From the NCBI GenBank assembly GCA_965153455.1, contig OZ234493.1, forward strand, positions 13,506,213-13,570,212: 64,000 nucleotides of DNA. The letters are read 5' to 3'. Below are positions 24,764 through 38,586 of this stretch, piece by piece. The stretch comes from Sphagnum compactum. Lineage: Eukaryota. Position 1 is the first letter of the stretch. Every line of letters starts with the position of its first letter. A model generated the notes under the pieces. That model worked only from the letters and a program-made list of their open reading frames with translations. It did no database searches and was not told where the DNA came from. Both the position numbers and the translations under genes were made by a program.

Positions 24764-25805
24764 GAGAACAACCACCATCTTCAAAGTGAAAAGGGATTGG
24801 CATCCCTCACCATGATGGCTCTTCCAACTATCTTTGAAATGAGCTTCATGGAAGTGTGGCTATCTTTGCAAACCCACAGACTTTTTGTTATTCAAAGAGG
24901 AGTACCAGGAGCTGTGTTGATGAGCCCAAATGCAATAGCCAGTTTCTCACTATGGTGACACAAATTATAACTTTTCCTCTTCTTCCACATCATCCAGAAT
25001 AAATTATGTGCAAGGCACATACCCTGCATCATGCATGAGCCCTGACAATCTCTGCAGTTCTGCATGAATTTCAATCATCTAGGGGTGGTCTTGATCCTCC
25101 ACTACAAACATATGCACCTCATAATTCACTTCAATCCAGGTGCAAACTGGCTTGTTTCTTTGCACCTTTTTCCTTTCTCTGCCATTCAATATTCTCACAG
25201 AGATGCCCATTGCCAGCAGCAGCATAGATGTTTGACAGCAGTACATAACCAGCAACACTTTCAGGCTCCATTGCAAGAATTTGTTTGGCAATGCATTCTG
25301 CCATCTCCACGTTACCATGAATTCTGCGACCACCGAGCAAAGCCATCCAAGCAGCCACCTCTGGTAGCAGGGGATTGCCATGACCATATGCTCTGCCTCC
25401 TGTAGATGGCCAGCATGGCCAAGAAGGTCAACCATACAGGTGTAATGTTCCAATTTTGCAGGAATCATATAGTGTCTGATTATTGAAGCATACAAGTGCA
25501 TGCCTTCATCCACCAGACCTGCATGGCTACAAGCTGACAGAAGACAAATAAAAGTGATATCATCTGGCTGTACACCTTCTTCACACATCCATTCAAAATG
25601 TTTAAGAGCTTCCCTACCATGCCCATGCATGGCACATCCTCCAAATATGGCATTCCAAGTCAACACATTTCAAGATGGCATCTTATTGAACAATCTCCAA
25701 GCATCCTCAAGGCTCCCACATTTTGCATACATATCAACCAAGCTACTCCCCACAATGACTCCAAACCACTTTGAACAAGTGCTGATGAACACACCTGCCC
25801 TCTTT
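24764..25805 (-). pseudogene. 5'-truncated PPR-E-DYW pseudogene (organellar C-to-U editing factor family)
   Basis: [110 protein letters not shown]...IMVRDAN. Several frameshifts, a stop, and loss of the terminal DYW. Confidence 0.9.
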
Positions 25806-25850
25806 GACCAGTGGTGTCCATCCATTTGCTTCTTGTCACTGCAGAGCGGT

Positions 25851-25958
25851 ATTTAGGTTTTCTGTTTGCTTTAGAGAAGAAGAACTACTCCCAACAAATC
25901 CCATTCAACAAACAGCTTCTTTCTGGGTTAGGGTTTAAGTTTTAGGTTTTAGGTTTTT
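25851..25958 (-). promoter_or_regulatory. Degenerate TTTAGG(G) telo-box-like cluster upstream of the PPR-DYW pseudogene
   Basis: TTTAGGTTTT and GGGTTAGGGTTTAAGTTTTAGGTTTTAGGTTT. Confidence 0.4.
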
Positions 25959-28900
25959 GTTCAAGGCACTGCATGTGACCTTGATTGCTTGGGGTTGAAG
26001 TGCAAGAGTGTAGAATTGTATCCAATTGGAGTGGTTATTCAATTCTGATTGTGGCATGTAGAAGATAAGGTCTGTCTTTTCTTTTGCTTGAGCATGGATG
26101 TGGTCAATAGAACCCTCTGCCCTTTGTTTGTTCAGATGATGCCTGCATGAGATTTCTGACAGCTTTGTGAATCAGGTCACAAAGTATGAACTATGCAGTA
26201 ACATAGGATTCAATTTCCAACCTGATTGTCAGAAATCAAGCTAGCTAGATCATCATCTCCCTCTCAGGGTTATTGTATAACTTACTGTGACTACTCAGAT
26301 CCTTGTCTCATCTTAGTGATGATCATCACAAAAACATGAAGGGCAGCTGTTTGTACTGAAAATAGACTCTGAGAATGGACATTCTCTCTGTCTGAGAGTT
26401 GCATTTGCATTCAGAGTTGAATTAGGATTTTGACTGTTGTATCGACATTTACTTTGCAAGTATGGTTCATGTTATCTACCATACAATAATACCTTGCTGG
26501 AAACAGGTTGATGAAAATTGTGCTTGCTTTAGGTGACATGGTAGACAGCTAGTGAATGGATGCTCAGGGAAAGAAGCCCTTGGGAAAAAAGAAAAAGGGA
26601 AAGGAGATTTTTCTGTGTTCGTTGATGAAGTTGCAGCTGGTCATCTTGCATTCAGGAACCTCAGCTACAGAGTTGCAGCAGGAGGTTAGTCCCCATTCGT
26701 CCTCTTGGTTTCTTCAAAGAACTTTGTGCATGAGTGCTACATGAACTATTGCAATAACACTCTTCAATTGGGTGTTGTTTTGTATTCTTGATGCTGGGCT
26801 AGCCTATCTCTAGTAGCAACAACTGTAACTCTCATGGACGTAGATGGGTAGATTGCTGCACCCTTGAAGATTCTGTATGTTGGAATTGTTAGCCTCTTAT
26901 CATAGTGAATTGCTGTGGGTGAAGAAGACCAACATCTCAACAATTGAGGAATTCAGGTCCTTTTGGGCTTTGAACATCAGCTTGAACATGGCCTTTCTGC
27001 TTGAGGTCTTGCTGTTTGTTACTCAGGTTTGATTGTTTTGGCTTGTATACATCCTAGTTTCAAGTTCCCATGTTCCTTTGAGATGGCAAGTTGTTGGATC
27101 TCTTGGGTTTTTAATAAGGATTTCTTACCAAAGTGTATCAACTTAATTATTCATGATGAACTCGGTTATGAAAATGAGATTAAAGCAAGCTACCAAGGTT
27201 GTTATAATTAAAGTCACAACTTACGGCAAATGGCATAATCTTGCCTCCAATTAAAAATGGTGCATATATTAACATTGTTAGCAAATGAAACTCAAAACAA
27301 TGGAAATCAATATGTTGTAATATGGACCTACAATAATTCAAGTCATTTTTCAATCTTCGGTTTCCAAGATGATAAATGTTTTAGTTGACTTGTTTATAAA
27401 TTGATTATGTAATGGATGCAATTGACTTTGTACGGTGTTCATGTATGGTGGGCATGGATGAGCTATTGACAATTGAAAACCAAAATGTGTGGTCTTCTAA
27501 TCTCCAACTTTTAATTGATTGGGGTATTTCATAATAAGTTGAGGTGTATTATGGGACAATGGCAAGACATCCATTTAAAACTTTACCTCCATGAAGATCT
27601 AAAATCCATATGGTGTTGAAATAGGAACTTTTAAAAGCAAATATTGGAAGATACAAGGGCTATTTGGAGGATGTTTCAAAGATGTTTAGATGACACCTAT
27701 TCTTTTATTCCTTGACTAATCTTAAATCTATGAGTATTTACTCTAAACTCATATTTGTAAGTTCCCACCATCTCACAATTCTTTCTAATAGGAACATTTG
27801 GCACATGAAGACATTTGAATGTAGGTGTGAAAGATGCAAACACATTGTACTTTAATGCATCCTTCAAGTTTTCCAACATTGTATGAGAACACACCATACT
27901 ATTTTCATGCAACATTGGGCATGAATGTGAAAACACATTTATTTTTGACAATAATCCTTTGACACAAGGAGATTGGAGAATTTTTTAAATTGACATTCTA
28001 ATGAGTTGCATAATCAAATAAGGTATGGGTCCATATGCATCCTTTTGATGCCCATATGTGGGAGAGAGTGCTATGTTATCTAGCCCTTTACATGGGACCT
28101 TGCCTAACACACCAAGTTGGGGATACCTTCTCCACCTTACAATTGTGACCAATAACCACCTTTGTAAAAATGAACTAAAGTATCTTGAAATTGGGTTTAA
28201 AAATACTTCTGAAACAATCACCTTGTGTAGATGTATTATAGTTTTATCTATTTTTTAATTTATTTGAAATCTAATAATTTATAGTTATGAATGGATGAAG
28301 TATTTGAGGGGGAAGGGGATATCATGGCAGTAAATGGGTTGAAAATTGACAAAAATAATATAAAATTCTAACATTAATGATATAACATTGTGTTATCCTT
28401 TCTTGAAACCTAATGTAATGATATTTTACTCAGAGGTATATTTTCTCAATATGATTAAGAACTTTCAATTATTTATTTGACACATTTAATATCACTAACT
28501 TAAGACCCTTTCAGCAATCTCTATTTTACCTTTAACTTAAGACCTTTAATCAACCTCTTTGCAACCTAATCCTGCCATCCCAAGTATAACTCCCTAAGTT
28601 CAATTCTTTTTGTCCCAAGCCATCCTAGATTCAAATCTTTTGCATTTGAAATTTTGCGAACTTTGCAAATACCCCACACATCAAATAATAACCACTAAAT
28701 CATCATTAATCAATTGAAAATGTCCTTAGTTTGATTCATTTACGTTGGTTAGTAATTTAGAATGTTCAAAAAAGTCACATTTATAAAACCAATACTTATT
28801 AAGGTAAATTCCAACAACTCTTATTTATGATATTGTTACAGAAGCATTCAATTAATGCTTGTTGACATCCATTCATCCATTGCAATTTATTTATAAATAA

Positions 28901-31444
28901 CAACTCTTGCAATAGACCAGGTCAAAAATCATTGACCCTACTAGTTTTTTTTTTGCATTCACTTGGTATCTAGCACACCTAAATTATAAGTTATAAGGGT
29001 GTTAAATTTCCATGTCTTTCCATTAAAAGACCAAGAAAAGAAGGAATTTGAATGGATTACAAATATGCAAGAACCAATAAGCTTGTCAAATTCTAATTAC
29101 CGTTTAAGAGAGTGTGTCATTTGGTCAAGTGGTGACCATCCATAAGAATATTTAGCCAGATTTTGGCCACATTCAAAATATGAAAGTAGAAAAATCTTAA
29201 GCACCCTTTCAAGTTGTAAGCAGTTGTGACAATTTTTGGCCATTTCAAAGATTTTTTAATCTTTTGTTGGCCATTGTTTTTTCAAAAGACAGAGAATTTG
29301 TGACAGAACATCCTTTTTTCAAAAACAAATTCACAAAATAGCGAAAATTTGCTGCAAAAGAAAATCACTGGCCCAATTCGTTTGATTGAATAAATGTTAT
29401 TGTGAATTTTGCAAATTTACCAATACTCTCTATTGGTAACAATTTACAAGGTTGTAACTTGGAACCAGTATTGGCATGGTTTATAAGGCTCGTGTCCGGT
29501 ATCATCATGGTTATCAAGGACACTACTCATGGCCACTTTAGATGAAGGTCCAAGGTCCATGGTCCAATGAAATAGAGCAATCCTATTGGATGAGAGCCAT
29601 AAATTGGACCCCTGACCTTTATACGATGGTCCAAGACCCAAAAGTGGCAAATTAAGATGCAAAATCTACATGGCACCATTTTGGAAAGAAAATCAATTGG
29701 TTCAGACCCAAAAAACAAAGAGCTAAGAAGGAGGGCTCATGATTTGAAGAACCAAGATGCAAGCTAGGGTCCAAGGCATGGTCCAACTCAAGGATCCAAT
29801 TTGCTTCAAATGAGTCCGAATTGGTTCCTAGTAATTTGGACACTGGATCCCCATTTAAAGTGGGTCTTAATTGTATCAACAGTAGTATGCAGGACACTAC
29901 TAGGCTAGTATTGGTAGTATGGGTAGGGTCTTTGTGAATTTTCTTTTCACTGGGTCACACAGGGCAGCGTTTTTTTTTGGTGCGAATTTTTGTCAAAAGG
30001 CAACTAGAAATTAGGGCCGGCGAATGACATGAAGGGAAAATCATGATAGGTCGCCAAAGTCAACATCTCCACAGATGCTCAATTGCAAATGACATCCACC
30101 ATCCAATAATGAGTCCTCGCCTCCACCATAGATCAGAAATGTTTGAGAAGCCAGATTCAGCATCTCCGTAGATCTTCATTCATGTAAACCCTCGCATTCC
30201 TCCTCTCATTTCGCCACCTCTCTACCTTTCCTTATGTAGCATTTGTCCCCTCTTCTCCCTTCTCTCAACCTCATTTTTCCATCTCTCTTGAAAGCTTCGA
30301 TCAAGTATTTGTCGCCTTCCCGATCTATTTGTAGTAGAAGTTCGCCACCCCTTTCATCATCTCACCATAAAGTTGCCACCTTGGGATAATCTTTGATTCA
30401 TCAAGGTTTAGAGTTATTGCTTGACGATCCTTGGTCTTGTAAAATCATGATCTTCACATGGAGTCTAGGTGATGGCAATTATCCTCTTTGGAGTTGCAAG
30501 TTTGCATCAGAACTCGACGGATTGGAGTTTGGAGCTTTCCTTTGATGTTGATTTCTTGTTAGACTAACTGTCAATCTTCTTGGGTTTTTCTTCACCTTCA
30601 ACTTCAATGACATTTCACTATCCAAGTATTTTATGTTTTTCTTCTTTCATGTTTTTTGTGTTTTTTTGTTGAATATTGTGTGCATTGTGCACTTTGAAGC
30701 TCGAAGTTTGAGTGTTGAATGCATCAAATGTTTTCAATATGTGTGTCAATGTACATTGTCTACTATTGGACCTCGAGGTGTGTTGTGTGCATTGTGATTC
30801 TTTCATAAGTTGTGAAAGTCAAAGAGTTAGGATTCAAACAGTGGACCTCAAGCCTCAAGGTTTGTTAATCATTGTGTTTGTCATTTCATTCTTGAAATCC
30901 CTGGTTTGTGGTTTGACACTCTCACAATTTTTTTGGGTAAACTTTCTTATTAGGGTTTAAGGGTTAGTAGATTCTTGAAATAGAGCCTTGAACTTTAATT
31001 GTCGTGTTCTTTTTCGTTGTTACAAGTTGTGATCGTCAAGAATTTGGAGCCATGTCACCTCGTCCCAAATCCTTATGTCGTTTAGTCCCTTTGCAATTCT
31101 CTCTATATGTCAAAATCATATGTCTGCAACTTGTGTCGAATCATCAATAATTACCTAATTCTTTTGCATCGACAGTAGCAACTCATGGTGTCACCTTATC
31201 TTCAATCCTAATTCCTTTTGTGTCAATAGTCACAATGTCACCTTGAATTGTCACCTTGAATCATGATTCCGTTTGTAGCCTATCTATCAAATCTGTTTTT
31301 TGTTGGATTCTTGGCATTTGTTTTTCATGTCAAAATTCACAACAAAACTATAATCCCCTAAAAAATTTAAACACAATTTTTTTTAAAAACCAAAATCCCT
31401 CAAGTGGATGTTGCTTCTATAGCTCTTTTGTTGGTCCTCGTGCC

Positions 31445-31956
31445 ATGAAACCTGAGTCTACTTTTGTTCTTGCCATTGAACCTAATTATGTGGTTTTAGA
31501 CCATGTTGTAACAGAAAGGGACATTGAGCTATCAAAAAAAGAAAAAGGGCATACGAATTTAACATGCATTTTCAAGATACATGGGCAATGTAGCTTCCAT
31601 GGGCAAAATTTGTGCTTGGGGCTAATGGCAAAGTTGTTCAAGTTCGCTACAAGGTATGCACCCAAATTGGGGGGATAAAAAAGTTGATGGTTCTTAAAAT
31701 TGATTCTCTATGGAAACATGTTGGATGTTGCAAAACCTTAATATCTATGCTAAGTGTTAAGGTAGGGGGAACATTATTTCTTGAAAACCAATGCACATGT
31801 TGCAAATGAATAATTATATTTTGTTAAGGGTCCTAAAATAATGTTGCAACAAGTTGTTCAAGGTGTAAAACTAACCGATGAAGAAAAAAAAATGCAATTT
31901 GCACTGTTTTTTCATTTGTTGAATCGAAGATGCCTAATGAATGAATACACAACAAT
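31445..31956 (+). mobile_element. hAT-superfamily (ZNF862-like) transposase pseudogene, 5' half
   Basis: FQDTWAM*LPWAKFVLGANGKVVQVRYKVCTQIG...KIDSLWKHVG...FHLLNRRCLMNEYTT. The reading continues in frame at 44113 once the insertion is removed. Confidence 0.7.
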
Positions 31957-34276
31957 CGTAACAACACATCTTGGGTTTTACAACCGGTTAATAAAATGAC
32001 TATTTTGTTTTTTACTACAATTGTAATTACAAGTCCATGTTAATGATTGCGTAGTTGTAGAAGACATGTGGTGCCATGTGGCATTACGGTTTTGCGACCT
32101 ATATTCAATATTACAACTTGATGGTTTTTACACAAATATCAAACTTTCAAAAACATATTTTTTAATCATCCAAAATTAAGTAATAACAAAATTCCATTTA
32201 TTTTTGCAACTTTTGGTGAATAATGACAATTTATGGTCGTGTGATGCTGATGTGACATGCCACATGGCAACGAGATTGATAAGTAATTGCAACACCTCAT
32301 GACTTGTGACATTAACTTCACATCATGATTCGTGTCATTGATTTGATGAATTAATCTCATTTATTAATTATTTGAAAATATTGTTGTCCTTTGCGATTAA
32401 TAATGATTCAATCTTCCATGGGATGATGACATGGCATGCCATTAAGCAACAAGGTATCACAAATTTTCATGACAATCCATGATTTTTTGTGACACTAGCA
32501 TTAGTTACAATTTGGGTGGCTCTTATTAATGTAATTGCACCTTTTGCTCTTGCAAAACTTTCATCATAATGCTACTTAAGGTTTCATTACACAATGAACT
32601 TGAGAAACATTCACAAAATCACACTTTGGAAAATGGTCAACCAAAACTAAGTCTTGAAATCCTACAACCTTAGGGTAACCCAAAAAATTGAAATGGATTC
32701 CCATCAAAACTATAAATGTCATCTTCATTTCCTTGCATAAAGCACCTATAAAGTTTTTCCTTTATCAATGTCTAACATGTTTTTCATGTTGTGACAAAGT
32801 AATGTACTCCTTGCATGTAGGTCCTTTCATTGTTTCATCAAATTGTGTGTAGTACCTCAAACAAAGTCAAGAATAAAAAAAATGGCCTACTTAGAGTTTG
32901 AAGAACAATGTGCTTGAAATGGAGGTGCACAACCTATGAAATCATGTTAAAACTTTTCTTGATTTTCTTGATTGCAAGAAAACACCATGACACAGAAGAA
33001 GTGGAAAGTGAAATCCAAAGAAATTCCATCATTTGGATCAAATGTAAAAAAGTAAGGAAGAACTTTGTACGCACTTCATGCAAGGATCCCTTCCTGGACG
33101 GAGATCAAATCTTGGAGGATTTTGCCGATCGCCTTTTACCCAATACCTTTTGCAACTCCAACACATTTCCTCCTCTCACCTATCCACCTCTTGATAATAT
33201 TCAATACTAAAAAATAATAATATCAGGTCCAATTCTATGAGCCTAACCCATTTCGTTTTATTTTCTCACATCCGTTCAAGCCTTCCTTTTTCTACTTATT
33301 TCTATTCATCCTTTGATTTTCTGTCTAGTTCCCCCCAAAAATGGCTTTTTTGAAAAAAGAAAAAAAAATGAAGATAAAGAATCGAAAACCAAGACATGTA
33401 AGGAATTTTCTCAACCTATGTAACCCTTGTTCCGTTAGCAAGGGAGAAAAAGCAAAAGGGAAAAAAATGTTACTAATGGTCTTCATTTGATTTTCTCGAT
33501 ATACTTTTTGGTTTTGGATTTTTTGACAGTTCTTATAAGAATCTACAAAACAACCAAGATGTGGATTTTGATGCTCTTGATCTACCCTTGCATCTACAAT
33601 GAAGGTTAACAAAATTGATAATGTCTATTTATCTCTTTTCTCTTTGTATTCTTTTGTATTTTCTGGTATTCCAACAAAAAAACACAAAAGTAAGAATAAA
33701 TAAATTAATACTGAAAAACATGTATTTAATTCTTGATATATGTAGCCCTTGATGATGGATCAAGGAAAAACAAAGGGAAAATCCAAAGAACAAGGGGAAA
33801 AGGGAGAAATATCATTAAAAAAGGAAGGAAAGTAAGAAGGACAAAACATGCAAAAATCTTTATCCTTTTGTTCTTTGTGTTCTTTTACATATTTTGGTAG
33901 TTCTCAAATCAAACAGAATCAAACCTACTCATTGCTCTTGATCTAGCCTTACTCCATTTGCAATCAAGAAAAAAGAACTATGACAAAGAAAACATTTTAA
34001 AAACTGTAATCATCTCTTTTTTTATTTGTATTCTTTTGTACATGGTACATTCTAGCTTCTTGTTTGCTGAGTTGCACACTACAAGCCTCCAGTGTTGTCA
34101 TCGCCATCCTCAATTGCTTGAATCTGTGATTTGATCAATGATTGTCAATCTGAACAATCCATAATTCAATCCATTTGGTTCTGCTACAGCTTCTTTGATT
34201 TGAAACTGTGTTCTTTTGCAGGTTTGATTCATATACACCCAATTTCTCTCTAGGAGATTCTCTGAAGTGTACTGCC

Positions 34277-37200
34277 ATGGTGATGTCTGCTGCTTCTCCT
34301 TTGAGGTTAGTTATCCCATTCATAAGTTTTGGCAAAGTTTCTTTCACTGCATAATAGGTCTAACAGATCATACAGTCCTCTGAGATGCAGTGAGCTGCAA
34401 TTCTTACTTCATTTCATTGTGAGAATCACATGGAAGCAAATATGTTTCCTGAGTTTGATTGACATGAAATATTGGAGATGAGCAGCTACTATTAAGCTGG
34501 TGAAACCACAAGCCTTGCTGTAGTGTCAGCTGGCACATGGTTCAGCTTCTTGACTCACTCTAGGATAAGAAGATCTCTCAGAGAAGGTCAATTTGGGGTT
34601 GCAGAATATTGGAAGCCTCTCCAGACACATGATTGTTGGGTTTGTGATTTCGGGTCATCGATGTGAGCTGATTTCTTTGAAGAAAGATTTGAATGATAAA
34701 GTCTGGAAAATTTTCAGAGAGTGAGTCATTTGATCTTCAAATGATCTGAAAGGGTCATCATCTTTGGTAGGCGGCTAGTGGGCAAAGTGGCAGTGATAAC
34801 TGGAGCAGCCACAGGCATAGGGCATGCGACAGCACGCCTATTTGTGGCACATGGAGCCAAAGTGGTGATTGCTGATGTGAAGGACGATGCTGGGCAGACA
34901 CTGGTGAATGAGCTTGGAACAGATTGTTCCAAGTATATACACTGTGATGTCAGCAAAGAGAGCCATGTTGCTGCTGCAGTGAATCTTGCAGTGCATTCTT
35001 TTGGAAAGCTTGACATCATGTACAACAATGCAGGCATCGTAGGTGAGCTGATTCTAAATCTATGATGTTTGAACATATCTGCGAGCAAAACATTTTTTTG
35101 CTAATCAGTTGATCACACTTGCCTAATTTTTCACAGAATCAATTTGAGGATGATGAAGGCCTTGTTGATGTGATGGACTCAAGAACTTCAAGAGTCCTTC
35201 AATTGTTTGACCTACATGCAAGGCACTAAGAGAAATTTCCCAGTAGATTTGGAGGGCACCTGCTATCCATGAATATCCCTCTAGGAAAAGTGGAGGGATC
35301 TTACACTTACTCCTTAGGAGTGGGAGGGATGTTACATCTCATCCTAGGCCCCTTATTTTGCAAATGCCCCTATGCAGATAGGTATGATATGTCCTGCAAG
35401 GTTTTGGACTCAAGCAGTACATGCTAGGTAGGGCTTGTGGACGGGGCAATTACAAGAATAAGGTGCCTGCGGCAGCAGTCAAGGGCAGCACCAAATTCTG
35501 GTTACACCCTGTTCGAGGGTCTCACCATGCATAAGGACCTGTCAAGCAAACAAAGAAAACACAGTGGGCCCTTATGAAATGTGTAAGAGCCCACCCAGAA
35601 ACAGAAGATTACCTCCCATGTCAGGAGGAACCTTAAGGATTTAAGGCATCCTCCCAATACACTGGGAAATCTTTGACAGGTCATTACGAGCCAAGCAACA
35701 GTTGATTAGGATTGACTGCTGTCTTGGTAGCGTTAGAGGTTCAATTTTGAGTCTGACTGCAGGATACTGCATTTCCAAGTCCACAGGGAAGAATTGGTCA
35801 ACAAATTTCTCCCATCCTAGTATAACTTTGTATAACTTCTGCATCTCAATTTTTCCTTGGACGTGTCTACAACTCTGAGCTACCAAGTTGTACAGCTGAA
35901 TGGTTGTTTGGGAGTTGTGAATTGAATCCACTTAGTGCTTACTACTGCATCAAAGTACAGCAATCATGGATTTCAAACCAGGTGGGAGTGTTGTCTCATA
36001 TGCAGGCTCACTGTCCCCATTTGAAGCACTACCTGTTGATGAGTTTCAGAAGGTGCTAGATGTGAATTTACTGGGAACGGTAATCGGCATCAAACATGCA
36101 GCAAAAGCAATGATCCCAGCAAAGCAAGGGGTTATTATAAGCACAGCAAGCATTGGTGGATGTATTGCTGGACTAGCACCACTTGCATACAGTATCAGCA
36201 AATCAGGTGTGATTGCAACAACCTATAGTGCCTCTGCGCAACTCACAAAGCATGGCATCCGTGTGAACTGCATATCACCAGGACTCGTGGCCACACCCTT
36301 GGCACTCTCCCACCTTAGGTTTGTAGCAGCTTTGCCCTACTCTGTAAAACCTCGCAATCATAAGAGTGGGGAATAATATACTAGATAACAGGTCTAAGGG
36401 GAGGATTCCAGGTCCTAGAAAGTCCCTGTGTGGGTCTGTTATGGCTAGCTCAAGGATGCACTAAGGTCTGGAATAATGGGCTCACCCATGGACTTGCTAG
36501 GAAACCAAGAATCCACCTTGGGTGGCCCCTTATCTTGCTTTTAAGGCAGGGAACTCTTGGGGAACTGGTGGGGGTACTCCTGCCAATCCTGCAGAATCTA
36601 CAGCAGGGGCTGATTTGGCGGCCTCCAAATCACTGCACAGGGGAGCCTGAATAGGCCTTCCTTGCCATCAAGAATTACACTTAACACACCCAAATAGCAT
36701 CGAGTGGGTTTATTTTCCAGCCCAAAGCAGGTTTACACTATTTGATTGTAATACTTCATTACACTGGGGCATGCTCTTAGGCACCATCATGGCTGAGTCC
36801 TATGATAGAAACTTATTGTATTGGCTCCCATACCTTATGAAAGTCCACCTTGTGTCCATGACTCTTAAGGTGATGGGCAGGGATGTTGATAGCTGGTAAC
36901 ATAGTCTGCAACATAGTCTAGTCAGTCAATTCAATGCTCAAACTTCGCACACATTATAGATTTTCGAAGTGAGAAGGCTGTAACTGAAAATAAACAACGG
37001 TATAAACCCAAGAAGTTAAACATGAACTTTTTGAATAGTTTCGTGGATAGTTAGCATCTTCTGGAACTTAACACTCTCCAATAATGCATGTCCTAAGGCG
37101 TACTATTTGATCAGTTCCGGTGCTTTTCCCAACTCACCAGTGCTTTGGCTTTTCTGCAGAGATCTCGACCCAGACTTGAGTGAAGAACAATTTGAGAAGA

Positions 37201-37382
37201 TAGTCGAGCTAGAAAACTTTTCTAATATTGCAGGTGCAAGATCGACTCCTGAAGGGATTGCAAAGGCTGCCCTTTTCTTGGCCAGTGATGACTCACCATA
37301 TATCTCAGGCCACAACTTGGTCGTCGACGGTGGATATCTCACAAACAGAAGCTTCTCATCCTCCTCCAATCTCTCTTTTTAG
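34277..37382 (+). CDS. Short-chain dehydrogenase/reductase, SDR110C-type (ABA2 / tasselseed2 / secoisolariciresinol dehydrogenase-like), 278 aa. Exons 34277-34305, 34771-35042, 36006-36318, 37160-37382
   Basis: GT..AG introns in phases 2, 1, 2; 837 nt open from ATG to TAG. Motifs TGAATGIG, IADV (NAD-preferring Asp), HCDV, NNAG, TAS, YSISK, GIRVNCISPG, ALFLASDDSPYISGHNLVVDGG. The first exon is inferred from phase and context. Confidence 0.9.
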
Positions 37383-38586
37383 TCCTGGTTCAGTCAGTTT
37401 GTTTTCTGTTTGGTTTGCCTGTGATCAATTCAATGGGGTTTTCCTTGGTGATCTTTTCAAATTCTCAACAAAACAATGAGATCACTTTCTGCATCCTTCA
37501 AGAACTTTCAGTAGCATGAATTTTTGAAATTTTCACTTCAATATATTTTAAAGATGTGATTTTTCAATATCATTGACATTAATTCCAAAAACATTTTCAT
37601 ATTGATAAGTAATATTTCTAAATTTCATATGTCAAGACTTAGTTTATGGTTACTTTAGTTTGGGTGGTCCGAAGAAAAAAAGATTAAAAGTTTTTGGGCC
37701 CCTAATTTTTCCACAATAGTTTTCAATAGTGTATAAATTGTGTTAAACCCAATAAAGTATTGATGATGGCATCCAAGGCTATGGCAAAGTTAGGGTTTGA
37801 CAATCCTTTGAAATAGGACTTGGCTTTTTGCAATGGTTTTCAACCTTTTTTCTTTTGATTTGCCTAGTTTTGTGTGGTTGGCTTTGTAGGTTTAAAATTG
37901 TCATGTTGAAATACTTCAAACCAATCACAGACTTGCTACAATTAACACTCCATGAATTTGCCAATCCACACAATAATTTGGCGAACAAAAATATAAGCAT
38001 TTTGTACATGAATAGATGATGCATACTCATCTCTTCCATGAACCTATGATGCAAATGTTGATATGTAGAAGCGACCCCAATATAAAAACTTGTCCAGGGC
38101 ACATGACCTAATACCAAAAGGCCCACCTAATGCGTTCTTTAGGCTTCCAATCCATAATAAATCCAATTCATTACAAAGTTGACATCCATTAATCTTCATC
38201 TTTGTATGAACAGTAATCTCAGCCCTGATGTTTGAAGAGCGATTACTAAGCATATCATATGTTATCGATTTCCAACGTTCCATTAAATCCTGCAACTGGC
38301 ACAATCTGGTATGCATCATGCGCATAGTAATTGGCCCAGGTTTAAAATTTAGGGTTAGTGAGGCCTATTTACAATTGAGCTCCTAAAAAACCTCTTTCTT
38401 CATGGGCACAAAATGTTCCATGTCTCTTAAGTCATCATGTTTCATCAAACCTCATAGTTCACATCATCCATTTTTTTTTTCACACACTAGCACAACCCCA
38501 TTCTCCACCCCCTTTCCTATGTAAACCACACACCACCCATTAATTTCCCATACCATTTTGATAAACCATACACCACACACTAGCTT

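Noticed and set aside
27200-28260. Possible TE coding remnant
   Set aside because: Short stop-ridden ORFs with no motif I could recognise; not supportable without a search.
3-37382. ABA biosynthetic gene cluster (ABA3-like plus ABA2-like)
   Set aside because: The first gene lacks the MOSC domain of true ABA3, SDR110C is a large multi-substrate family, the genes are 29 kb apart, and the SDR lies within an insertion.
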